Below are positions 1 through 11,879 of a stretch of 64,000 bases of DNA, piece by piece; position 1 is the stretch's first letter; each line of letters starts with the position of its first letter. Made by a program: the position numbers and the translations under genes. The DNA comes from Ylistrum balloti (Eukaryota). The stretch covers positions 310,001 through 374,000 of the forward strand of contig NW_026782658.1 of the NCBI RefSeq assembly GCF_031769215.1, in the 5' to 3' direction. A model generated the notes under the pieces. The model was not told the origin of the DNA and did no database searches. It saw only the letters and a program-made list of their open reading frames with translations.

Positions 1-1154
1 TTAAGACTGTTGGTACCAGCTATGCCGATGAAAAATGTCTTTAGAAACGAGAGTCGGCAATATGCCTTCACCGAACATGACGTCGGTGTCGTTCAGATTT
101 ATCGATTTGACTCATTTGGGTATTACTAGCAGAATAGAGGACAAATTTTGAGCTTCAAAAAGTAACAAGCCCGACGGACCAGCGCTTTGCATAATCTGTT
201 GGCCCTTCATTACAATAGATAGCCCCGGGCAGACGGGCTTGCGGTTATTTCGACCCCTGTTTGCATAACCAATGTTTTTACCATGTTTCATGATCTTTGC
301 TTGACTGTGGGCAATGTTTTGGTTTGGACACCAAAGGATGGATGGAAAGATGGATGAACAAATATGGCAGCAACTACAAACTCTTCAAAAAATGTTTCAG
401 GAGCATAAAAAACACTGGTTTAGGGAACCCAAGGGACAGTAGGGTGCAAATATGTACCTGTCAAAATACTGAAACAAAAGTTTAGGGATCTCCAGGGGCA
501 GGGTACAGAAAGGAAAACTATTTTATCAACAGATAAACAAATATTTATGGATCTCCAGGGACTGGGGATGGAAACATGTACCTGTCAACAGAAAAACTAC
601 AGTTTAAGGATCTCCAGGAACAAGGAACAGAAACCGCAACAGGAATAGCCTAACTGAACAGTAAGGCTGTTTCAGGTAGTACTGGATGATGCCAGGCTCT
701 TAATAGTAATATATTAACAGGTAATAATCGTTTAATTCACTGCATCCATGGTGGATGTGTTTCTACCACTTATGAACACTTCCGTTCTATCTCTAAAATG
801 AGCATAGTCAATTAAATGTAAATATCAATAACAGCATAATAAATGTGAATATTGACATCACATTATCAGTTTAGAGTCTGTGGCTATGCGGACGGGGACT
901 TGTGCATGTTAATAATAAAGAAAAACAGGTTAGCGACCTCCAAGGTTAGGGAACTGAATCTGGAACCAGCCAATAGAGAAACAAAAGTTTAAATATTTGG
1001 TGAAAACATATTTTTCTCAGTTTGGTGAATGAACCTGGAAACAGGAACCGTCGCGTGTCCCGGCCGACCCGACAACGGAATTTTTTAAGCACGTTGTGTC
1101 CTGTATCTATTAAGTCTACCGTAATACAGACATCTGCAAGTGAAAGAAAATTAC

Positions 1155-1194
1155 CCTTCATTGGGCCGCCAATCAATATGACTGTCTTCAGCAT
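1155..1194 (-). CDS. GMPPA: Mannose-1-phosphate guanylyltransferase alpha, first coding exon (remaining exons outside the window)
   Basis: ATG at 1194 reads MLKTVILIGGPMK+G, then a GTAA donor at 1154 (phase 1). Matches the GMPPA N-terminus MLKAVILIGGPQKG. No GTRFRPL exon seen in 1-1150. Confidence 0.8.
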
Positions 1195-1243
1195 TTTGTC
1201 AATCGTGAACAGTGACAGTATTAAACGTGTCAGTACCAAACCT

Positions 1244-1251
1244 CCGGAAGT
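1244..1251 (-). promoter_or_regulatory. ETS-family motif (ACTTCCGG on gene sense strand) upstream of GMPPA ATG
   Basis: Perfect CCGGAAGT on + at 1244-1251, 50 bp upstream of the ATG. Confidence 0.45.
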
Positions 1252-1541
1252 TTATTGTTTGACATTAAAAGTTGAAGCGGAGTCCGTACAACCATATCCG
1301 TCAATAGGTATGCGCGTAATGCAAAACACAAAAGGCCGTATAAGTACTGACTAGATCAATAAAAAGTTATAAGAACATAAGAATTAAATGCATATATAGA
1401 CAGAATAAAAAAAAACGACACAAAACAAAAGAAAATGGCGAAAACCGGTTTGTTCATTAATGTGTACACACAAAACTGGCGTATGCAACCCCTCCCACCC
1501 CACTCCCCGCCTTTTCTTCCGTCGTTTACAGGGAAATTTAT

Positions 1542-1546
1542 CACAC

Positions 1547-1609
<63 letters not shown>
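1542..1609. repeat. (CA)n microsatellite
   Basis: Near-perfect CA run with one G interruption; explains the CVCV/HTHT ORFs. Confidence 0.97.
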
Positions 1610-1613
<4 letters not shown>

Positions 1614-1889
1614 ATATTACATAATATGAACATAATGTAATCGTGCTGGAGTGCGCAAAATCATGATTACATACAAAATATGATGTATGCTTCCGATTTG
1701 CCCACTTTTTATAAGACAAAGAACAATGAGAACAATTAAGACAACCAATTACAGTGAGTTGCATAATTATCATACATTTCACCTGAGGCCAAATTATCCT
1801 TAATTCTAAAGCTTAGTTACACGATATGATTATAAATGTTTTCACAAAACTGATTAGACAAATGTATTAGAACTAGAGGTTATAAATTT

Positions 1890-3620
1890 GTCATGAAAAA
1901 CAGGACGAAATATAGGAGACAGAAGTCAGGAGGAACTGTACTAGGTTATATATATCGCAGCTGAAGCAGTGTTTATGTTTTCGTGAAAAAGAATGTAGCT
2001 TTTTCTTATGGTTTGAATTGTCGAAAAATGAACATGATTTAGAGTCATTAAAGAATTGGGATATAACGGCTGAGCATGTTAGTGTCATCCGTGTGGAACA
2101 AATCGATGATAGATCGATAATCTAGATAGATTACATCAGATATACATGTAGCAATAGAATTGGAGAATAGAATTGTTGGAATAATATATACAATGTTTGT
2201 AGATGCTGCTACTACAGTGCTTGGAAAGATTGTGCCAGGTAAGAGAAAAACTCCACAATTCGCCTATGACGATAAACATGGTTTTTAACAGCAAGTAAAC
2301 AGACACGGGACCACATAGAAGTAAAAGTTATTTTAACAGGTGTAAAACTGGTACAGTGCGATTAGATATGGTACAGAAAAAATAGACAAAGTGATTTTGA
2401 ATAACGATTTAAATAAATACAGGAGAAATCTCAAAAAGAATTAAGCAAAATGAAGTAAAAAAAAAAATCCAAAACAATACTGGAAGATGATTAACAGAAA
2501 AAAGTAGACAAAACAATATTTCCTCAGAAACCTTGTATTATTTTTTCCTTGACCTCAATAGTTTACCTACTATCAGCTCAGAGATGAAAATGAATTAGAA
2601 AATAAAACCGATAGTATTTCTAATCAACAATGAATGTTAAAGTTCAATTCCGGCGGTAAGACGTTGGATATATTCAAGGAATTTAATTATCTTGGAATTT
2701 CATTATGTAAGTCTGCAAAATTTCTAAGAGCTACAAGAAAACAAACACTTAAAGGAACCAGAGCCTTGTCTGAGGTGTTAAATGGGAGGATTACATTATC
2801 TGATAATACGGTGTCAACTGGATGTGTTTTATAAGATAGTAACACCAGTATTATCACATGGTTGTGAAGTATGAGTTTTTTTTCTGATAATACTTTATCT
2901 TAAATTATCTACTCCTGATTTTATGGTATATGGAGAGCTCGGTAAACTTCCGCTCGACATTGAAATTACAACAAGATTGATGACTTTTTGGACAACGTTA
3001 ATAGAATCTTCAGATAAAATCAATGATTTATTATATAAAGTGTTAGCTATTGTAAATGAAGAAAATTGTGGTTCAATTGTATGGACCGAATGCATAAAAG
3101 ATATATTGAACAACTGTTGACGTTCCAATATATAGCTAAACAAAAAATAATATAATATTAATCCGAAATGGCTTCTTTCAAAACTAAAACTTACATTAAC
3201 TGATCAATTCAAACAGACCTAGTCGGAAACATACCAAAACTCTACAAAATCGGCTATTTGTGTAGGGCCTTTAAGGACGAAATTGTTTTTGAAAAATACT
3301 TAAATATATATGCTATCAAAAAAGCATGCTTTAACTCTTAAGTAAATTTAGATTAAGAAATGATTATTTACTTGTCGAAATAGGAAGTTGGAGGAATAAA
3401 CCAAGGGAAGAATGCATCTGCCAAAAATAGCAATAAAAGAGATATTGGTGATGAGTATCATTATATATTTGAATGTTTGGCTTTAGAAAATGAAAGAAGT
3501 TGCTTATCATCGAAATTGATTGCTAGACAAAGTGTTTTCGTTAAAAAAAATGTATCTACAAAAAAAGGATCTTACTTTAAAAAAAATTGTGTACCTTCAT
3601 TAAGAAAATTAATCATTTAT
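1890..3620 (+). mobile_element. Degenerate non-LTR retrotransposon (LINE) ORF2 remnant
   Basis: Broken frames give FNYLGISL (~2680), VYGELGKLPLDIEITTRLMTFW (2923-3000) and DIGDEYHYIFEC (~3440-3480), typical LINE ORF2 C-terminal motifs. An SGG endonuclease-like motif lies near 1920. Many stops and frameshifts; boundaries approximate. Confidence 0.7.
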
Positions 3621-3964
3621 GTTCCCCGCAATAATTATTAGTTTAACAAAGCACATTACATCTATGATGCATTCTTCTCTCAGTATAGTCATATAAGCGC
3701 ACCGTGTTCCTTATACTGTATACATATATATATATATTGTATATTTCTGTATACCATTTGTAAAGGTGTTGAGATATACATGAAATTAAAAAACTTAAAT
3801 ATCTGAGTTCATTTACCTGTATTTTTTCCTTTGTTGTCTGTTACCTGAGATACTGTACCAGAGATGATTTTTAAATGAAGTGATTAAGGTCACATTCCTA
3901 GAAATTGTGAAAGGCGTTATTACGCATACATGCAAATAAACCCAATTGGTTTCATAGCAACTGG

Positions 3965-4445
3965 GCCATATCAGTCCGACTTTCCCTATCGATATCATCG
4001 CCCATATTAATCTGACCGACCCTATCGATCTCATCGCCCATATCAATCTGACTAACACTATCGATCTCCTCGACCATATCAATCTGACCAACCCTATCGA
4101 TCTCCTCGACCATATCAATCTGACCAACCCTATCGATCTCCTCGACCATATCAATCTGACCGACCCTATCGATCTCCCCGACCATATCAATCTGACCAAC
4201 CCTATCGATCTCCCCGACCATATCAAACTGACCAAGCCTATCGATCTCCCCGACCATATCAATCGGACCAACCCTATCGATCTCCTCGACCATATCAATC
4301 GGACCAACCCTATCGATCTCCTCGACCATATCAATCTGACCAACCCTATCGATCTCCCCGACCATATCAATCTGACCAACCCTATCGATCTCCCCGACCA
4401 TATCAATCTGACCAACCCTATCGATCTCCTCGACCGTATCAATAT
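3965..4445. repeat. 36-bp minisatellite (CTATCGATCTCCTCGACCATATCAATCTGACCAACC), about 13 copies
   Basis: Directly visible tandem array; the 12-aa periodicity of ORFs 3813-4442 and 3952-4401 matches a 36-bp unit. Confidence 0.95.
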
Positions 4446-5365
4446 GACTTGTGGCGGTATGTTATAATTTCACTGCCGTAAAATGAGTTTTACTGGCGAC
4501 TCACAGTGCAATAATCTTCAGCTGCAAATTTGAAAACTGTACATTTTCACAAATCTAGGCCATATTTCTCCGGATTGTTGATGCTCCCGATTATATCGAG
4601 GTATGCTTTGTAACTAATTAACGTTTCGCTACGTTGGTTATTAAATAAGAATTGAATTTATGTATGCAAAGTCTCGCTGTAGCAAGCATAAGATATAAAG
4701 CATGATAAATTGAAAAAAAAACCACCAAAAAACAAAATAGATCCTCGACTTTTTACACGATTTTTATACTTTGTACATGATTCGAACCACCAATACTTAC
4801 TATAACCTTGATAGTACCCATTACACCAAGTCTATCGGGTTCATAATGTGTGAAACATGAAATTAGTCAAACTCATTTGCTCACGTTCATGTTTTCACTG
4901 ACCGTATCAGTGACTCTGTGAAAATATTTCTCACGTTTTACTTCGATTATTTCAAACGAACATAATTATTTATCATGTATAACTCTTTACTGAGAGTTCG
5001 TCCGCCTGCTGCAATTTGTTCGAGTAAATGGACAATAAACTTGGCATAACGTTTCCAAACTCTCCTCTTGGTTAAGATCTACTGAAAGTTCATTTTTCTT
5101 CTCACAAATGTATCTGCAGGCGTACCGTGTATTCTGAACATCCAGCATCTGGATTTGTATGGTAACCGAAAAAGACAAACAAAAATATCTGATTACATTA
5201 GTCAAGGGTGCGTGGGCGGGAAGTCCTGTCTAACCGAACACAGACACCTGTCCGTGTCACCACCGTCGGATGTTTACCTGTTGCACGTGCGCCAGTTGCG
5301 TCACATGCAAGACATGTAGCGGACTTCCCCGTGAACTCGTTTACCTAGGACAAATATACTTACAA

Positions 5366-8300
5366 ATGGCGAAGGCAAACACTTTCTGTAGTTGTGTTCA
5401 CAACACTAGGTGCAGAGTTCTCACCCTATTTGCCAGTCTAGGCATAGGTTTGCTAGTTATAGAACTCGTTTCTCAAGACGTGGGATTGGCAGGTCAAGAT
5501 ATTTCTACCGCAGGTCCCACATGTAAGTAAACAAAAGCCCTGTTTTAAATTTGTTTATTAGAATATACATGTTTACTATTCCCGTGTTTACTTTGTAATG
5601 TTTTGCAAACTTATTGAGGGTAATTATAAATATCATCTTAACGATATGCAAATTGTCTTGTTAGGGATTAATTGAGTTAATCATTTACTCTATAATTTTG
5701 CATCAAAATAAAATGCAGTATGTTTGTATATTGTTTATAAACATCCATGTGCATGCATTTTTATCTAAAAATGTGAAATGTAGCCACGGACTTAGATATA
5801 CTGAAGTCTGTAATATAGTCATGAATACCTATTATACATGTAACAGCAACACGTCCGACCTGCTATATCAGTGTAGACAAAAAATAACACTCGCCATTCT
5901 TTATTCAGATAACTGTAATTGGAAGAAATCTTATCATCCTGTATAAAGACACGCCAAGTCAACTATGTATAAATATATATAATTTTGCAAATTTTGAAAT
6001 ATTAATTTTGACATGTAGCCCGAACAACAATGTTAACGCCGGGGAATTAATTTTCAAAAAATTCAATTTCGGCGCCGTTAGTACATTTTGTGAGGAGAAT
6101 GTGTAATAGTAGCTTCATAGTGAAAGTCAAGCAATAGTATATTGAATTGACAACGTTTGAATGAAGACATGATGTGTTTAGACAAAAATGTGTTGTATGG
6201 AAGTTTACAATGTATCTTTGTTTGAAACACAGGCATATTTTTGTACATTGTAATCTGAAATCCAGGTAAAAAAAACACCTTATATGAACGATGTATAATT
6301 CACCTGCCATTGTTTAAAAAAAAACAACACCTTGCTATTGCCTAAAAAATGTTGGCGTTTAGTAAACTGCCCCCACCCCACCCAAACAGACCAGAGGAAT
6401 TACATCAGAGAGAATGTCTTGTTTGAAACGACTGACAATTAATTCTGAATCATTTCTTTATTTATACTTCAAACTTGTATATAAGAGAGAAACGTCGCTG
6501 TTCCGTATTTCGTATGGTTTTTAAGGTTGACAGTATCCGAAGTAGTAAAGGTTGATAATATCCGGAGTAGTAAAGGTTGATAATATCCAAAGTAGTAAAG
6601 ATTGGTAGTATCCGGAGTAGTAAAGGTTGATAATATCCGGACTAGTAAAGGTTGATAGTATCCGGACTAGTAAAGGTTAATAATATCCGGACTAGTAAAG
6701 GTTGATAATATCCAAAGTAGTAAAGGTTGATAGTATCCGGACTAGTAAAGGTTGATAGTATCCGGACTAGTAAAGGTTGATAGTATCCGGATTAGTAAAG
6801 GTTGGTAATATCCGGACTAGTAAAGGTTGATAGTATCCGGAGTAGTAAAGGTTGATAGTATCCGGACTAGTAAAGGTTGATGGTATCCGGACTAGTAAAG
6901 ATTGATGGTATCCGTACTAGTAAAGGTTGATGGTATCCGGACTAGTAAAGGTTGATAGTATCCGGAGTAGTAAAGGTTGATAGTATCCAGAAGAGTAAAG
7001 GTTGATAGTATCCGGAGTAGTAAAGGTTGGTGGTATCCGGAATAGTAAAGGTTTGTAGTATCCAGAAGAGTTAAGGTTGGTAGTATCCAGAAGTGTTAAG
7101 GTTGATAGTATCCGGAAGAGTAAAGGTTGATAGTATCCGGAGAAGTAAAGGTTGATAGTATCCGGATTAGTAAAGGTTGGTAGTATCCAGAAGAGTTAAG
7201 GTTGATAGAATCCGGAGAAGTAAAGGTTGATAGTATCCGGAAGAGTAAAGGTTGATCGTAACCGGAAGCTCTAGATTTGTGACGACAGACCTTGTGTCCC
7301 AAGTTTTGAGAGAACTTGTTTGAAACTCTTTAGTTAGTTGTGCCTTTAATACAATTTAACGATCCTTTCTTTCACATTTCAATATTTTCATTAATTTTGA
7401 TACAAGAATTTGTCGTTTTATATAAGGTTCCTCTGTACTGCTAGTGTTGATGATGTTTTGTATTTAGTTTCAGGATCCTTACGGTCAGGCGTTGTAACAC
7501 TGACAGAACCTGCCATATTTTCCATTCGTGATCAGCTCATTCTAAGATGCGAAGACGGAAACTCGACGCTGTATATGACCTCTACAGAATACGACCAGAT
7601 TCCAACGGTAGAGTTCGAGGACAATTGTTTTTCTCGTGCAGTTAGAAACTACTGTCCAGAAACCAACGGTAGAAGAGTTCCGAATATTGCACATTACGTT
7701 TGGTTTGGTATAAAGAACATGACTTTTTATCAGCTCGTGAGTTTCATCAGCGTACACAGATTCCAGAATCCATGTATGATACTTGTTCACGGAGATGTCA
7801 TCCCCGCAGGGCCATACTGGAAGTACTTGATTCGTCGTGTACCTACTATAATTCACGTTCACATGACGCCACCACACCGAGTCAGAAACGGAAAAGTTCT
7901 TGGTAGCATGACCCACAAATCGAATATAGCTAGACTGATGGTGCTGAAAGGTAATGTGTACATTTTGTGTGGAAGAATTTTTCCCACAGTGTCCTATAAT
8001 TGATATGATGCTTTAGTAACAGAACATTCCATATGATATCAGCACCAACACACGTCCAACACGAAGGACAATTCCTATCAATTACCGGTTACTCAAACTT
8101 TTGCGAGTGAAGTGCTAACGAAATGAAAATTAAGTTCATCTGAAGTTTAAATCGATATAAACATTTCTTATCAATAGTTTGGAGTACCGTTGACGTATCC
8201 GCGATGAAGTCAATCATATATCGCTACCCCAGTAGAGAGCTTGCATACATTGTCTAAATTGATTAAAGGATATAATTCGGTCCGAATACAAATGTGAATT

Positions 8301-9406
8301 CACTAAAATCAATGATACCTCAGATCGAATTTGGTTAGTATCCCTTCACCACTACTGAAGAAGAAGGATTTTAGATATTACTTAAATGTTGTGTGGATCT
8401 GATCCCAGAAGGTTCAGAGCTCCTTTTATACAAAATTGAGAACATTTCTTTTAAAAATGCATTCAGTCCTTATTGATAGTATGAAAAAGGTAACTGACGG
8501 ACGTCGACGATGGCAAAAGCGCACAGATCATAAGACAAGGTCATCTAAACAATCTTATCCTAAAGGCGCATCCCTAAGTATTTGGATACTTTTAATTGTA
8601 CGGAAGAGAAAAGAGTTATCATATAAACTATGATAATAAACCAACATCGTCCTGTAAGATTAATTATTTTTGTGGGGATTAATTTTCAATGATTCCGTGT
8701 GTTCTCCTAATCCACGAATTCATATGTCCACGAACTGTTAAGATATTTATCCACGAAATCAAGTGTCCACGAAACATTTTTTCAAGCCTACGAAAATTGA
8801 GCTCCTGCAAGATATATGATTTTACAGTAATTCGAAACCGACATCAAAATTGGATAGCGAAGTATAAACAAAAAACAAAGAAAATCACGAAGACGAGAAT
8901 TTCACTATACCAACATTAATTGATATTTTTCAGAATACGGCGGTGTATACCTGGACCTTGACACAATCCTGCTCCGCTCTCTAGTTCCGTTGATGAACTA
9001 CCCGGTCACCATGAGCCTGGAATATGAGTCGAACCTTTGGAATGGCTTGATTGTAGCTGAACGAGATCCTGTGTTCATACGTCAGTGGATTACCCTTTTT
9101 CATGACCTCTACTATTTTGATCCGAATAAGTACTTTGAATTTTCTTTGTTCTTGCCAACTAGGATTGCAAAAGCACATCCATCTTGGATACACATTGAAA
9201 ACATGACATTCTGCACGCCTAATGGAATGAACTTGAACAAAATCTTCAAGGAGAATTATGACTGGAAACAGAACTATGCCATGCATTTGTACATACGATA
9301 TTACAAGGAAAATGATGACGTCATAACTGTGCGAAGGTTTAACTCAACAATCGGTGCGCTTGCGCGCTTTGTTTTGTACGATACAAAGGCACTACTGACA
9401 AATTAA
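5366..9406 (+). CDS. Glycosyltransferase family 32 (DXD; alpha-1,4-GlcNAc/Gal transferase-like), type II membrane protein, about 370 aa
   Basis: Exons 5366-5522, 7468-7950, 8934-9406 (1113 nt, phases consistent). N-terminal TM segment VLTLFASLGIGLLVIELV; motifs VPNIAHYVWFG, HKSNIARLMVL and EYGGVYLDLD (DXD); C-terminal NYAMHLY. Confidence 0.88.
6528..7265. repeat. 25-bp minisatellite (TAGTAAAGGTTGATAGTATCCGGAC), about 29 copies, in intron 1 of the glycosyltransferase
   Basis: Directly visible tandem array. Confidence 0.95.
8652..8827. mobile_element. Short TA-flanked MITE-like repeat (CTGT...ACAG ends)
   Basis: Starts CTGTAAGATTAATTATTTTTGTGGGGATTAATTTTCAATGA and ends TTTTACAG-TA. Related copies at ~30614-30845 (near-identical start) and partial ones near 22400-22605, 46140-46345, 52993-53170 and 61440-61552. 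Confidence 0.5.
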
Positions 9407-11879
9407 TCATGTTTATTAGAAAATGGAAGATAACACTGTCTACGTAATATACACCGACCTCTGACTTACTGGAGGGAAAATCAATCTATTTTTGTTTTAT
9501 ACAGCGAAAGCGAAGATCGGGGTAGTGGTGTGGCACATTGTTTAGGTCTATCTAAATGTTGTACTGCTTTTTACACCATTGTATATGACCACACGTGGTA
9601 TTCTTTCAAACCATTCAGAATTCCACTGCTGTTGGAGCTTCGAGTGTCTTAAACTGGAAACAATTCTTATGCCGTCTTGAAATTGAGTATTAATCTTCCT
9701 AATTAGTCCTAATTTGTATTGTCATAATTTGGAGCAAATTAGACTTGATCATAGCCGCCATTTTGAACAAATTGTTATTGCATCATCTTATGAATGGAGA
9801 ATGATATTGAGGAAGCAGGATGCATATTTTCATGAAATTTGTGAAAGGAACTGTGATTTTCTCTACTGATTTCATTTTCAAGGGAGGTATTTTTCGAACC
9901 GATTCCGAAATAATGATAACAATTACCCTGGACAACAGCGAGATGTATACCTTAGAATGATTATATATGGTATTGATTTGCCTTCTGAATACAACATTTG
10001 AATAATTAAGACTGTCGACTTCACACTTTTTTTGCAACTGAGAGGTGACCTGATCATATCTAGATAAGTCGTCACTGCATGCATTAAATGACGTTCACGT
10101 GTATGTTAATATAAGTAGTTTTACTGTAAGTGGACCTAACTTAGCGGTAATCCTAGCACTTTTCCAGCTTTAAATATTGCGATAAAATATCATTACACCG
10201 ATTGCAATTTCTGAATGTTATTAACACAAAAATGATAGTGAATATGTTTAGTCATTATTACAATAATTCATCAAAAAGTGGCAATACCCTATAATTTGGT
10301 TGTGACAAATGAAGTACGGTTTTAACTTTCGTGATTTAAAATTAACGTTAACTACATTTATTTATTTTGTCACGTGTGAATTGCTTTCGCAAATTCGGTA
10401 ATGAAAAAATGTCGATTTATTTGATAACAGTTTCCATTACTCCTTCGTGGTAATACATGTTGTCACTATAGTTACTTCGGACAGTTATTCTGAATCCCAT
10501 TTACTCAGAGAAGTAAATACATACATCACTGGAGTAATTTACATCCATCGTAATTATTTATCAGTAACACGTGGCTAAATACCTTCTCCGAGATCTAGAA
10601 GCTATAACTAGTTTATTGATACTGCAATGAAGAGGTAAACAAGGCAACATCCAGCCGTTTTGTTTCGCGCACCTCTGTCCACATAAACCTCTTTGTGCCA
10701 GGGATCTGCTAGATCGATAACGTGTAATTCTATAGAAAGGTAAACGAATTGAAATTCGGAGTAAGTTGGCTAATAATGTACAATCGTGGGCTCGCACAAC
10801 GTTACGTGATGCATGCACAATAAAAACCTGGCTGAAATAAGCTATCGCCCATTTGTGCGCATGTTGTGCGGTTGTATCATGGTTGATATAATTTTAGAAA
10901 TGACATATAGATCACCTTAAGATAAAATCACCAAAAACACATAACTGAATTTCTGTGAATTTCAACAAGTCTTACTTTGTCAAACGGTGGAGGATATCTT
11001 TTGTACATGTAAATTTATATCACACGATCTTATTACCAACCTACAGGGTGAGTGTACACAGTTTTTATGTTCTGTTCGGTTGATGCAATGTATCATTCAA
11101 ATGTAAAGGTATAAATAAACAACATTTCCGTTTACTTGCTGGATTTATCGTCTAGTCAACAGCCAGGGCCATTTTGAGGCGGAGCATCCTTGTAGAAGCT
11201 GGTGGCTTCGTCACTAAACAACACATGGGAGGCCCGTCGCATGCCACACAGATTTATTTATTTTATACCTTGATCTACACCGCGCAGGCACAGACAATGT
11301 CTTTGTGTATGGACAACATTCAATTTTGGACCGCAAAGAGCTCAGTTCAGACTGGAGTTTTAATCCGGACTATTTTTCTGTAATGCTATATATTGTGTCT
11401 TTATGCCGGCCCTTCAAAATGCTGGAAGGTTTGTCATGATAGACTTTGACCTCAAAATTGAACATGTACTTCGTCTTCTTTAAACGGAAAGAGAATGTTA
11501 ACTAGCATCACACACTTGTTGATTATGATCAAGTCTTTTAACTATGTATACACTGTACTTTAAAATTTCTTTGATTTCAAAAGAAGTTTAAATCTGCCAA
11601 AATCATTTAAAACATTATTAGAACACAAGAAGACCATCATCACAGGAATATTTCAATTACTGTGACCAACACACTCGTGTGTCTCATTATTATGGTCGTG
11701 TTGTTGTACCAACGTACTAGTCAAACATCTATTGTAATAACGTGAGCTTTATTTTGTAATGTCTATTATAATGTAACTGTAACAATAGGTACGTAGTTAC
11801 ACTTCCTGCTGATAGGGGTGTCCTTTGGAACGCCATAGCTGTCTAATGTGGTTTGATAAAAATATAAGATGCTGCTTTC

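Noticed and set aside
3813-4442. 149-209 aa ORFs with 12-aa periodicity
   Set aside because: They are translations of the 36-bp minisatellite, with no splice signals or unique flanking coding sequence.
3965-7265. Regularly spaced repeats resembling a CRISPR array
   Set aside because: No unique spacers, eukaryotic context and no cas genes; these are plain tandem repeats.
5520-7476. Selenocysteine at the T|GA splice junction of the glycosyltransferase
   Set aside because: An upstream AG at 7466-67 gives an open frame; the position is in the variable stem; no SECIS was recognised.
9790-10000. Broken + strand frame ending LRMIIYG, faintly like a GT32 C-terminus
   Set aside because: Similarity is too weak by eye and interrupted by stops; it would need a translated search.
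10561-10818. Minus-strand segments with plausible splice sites (e.g. LHVIDLADPWHKEVYVDRG)
   Set aside because: No recognisable domain and no consistent exon chain.
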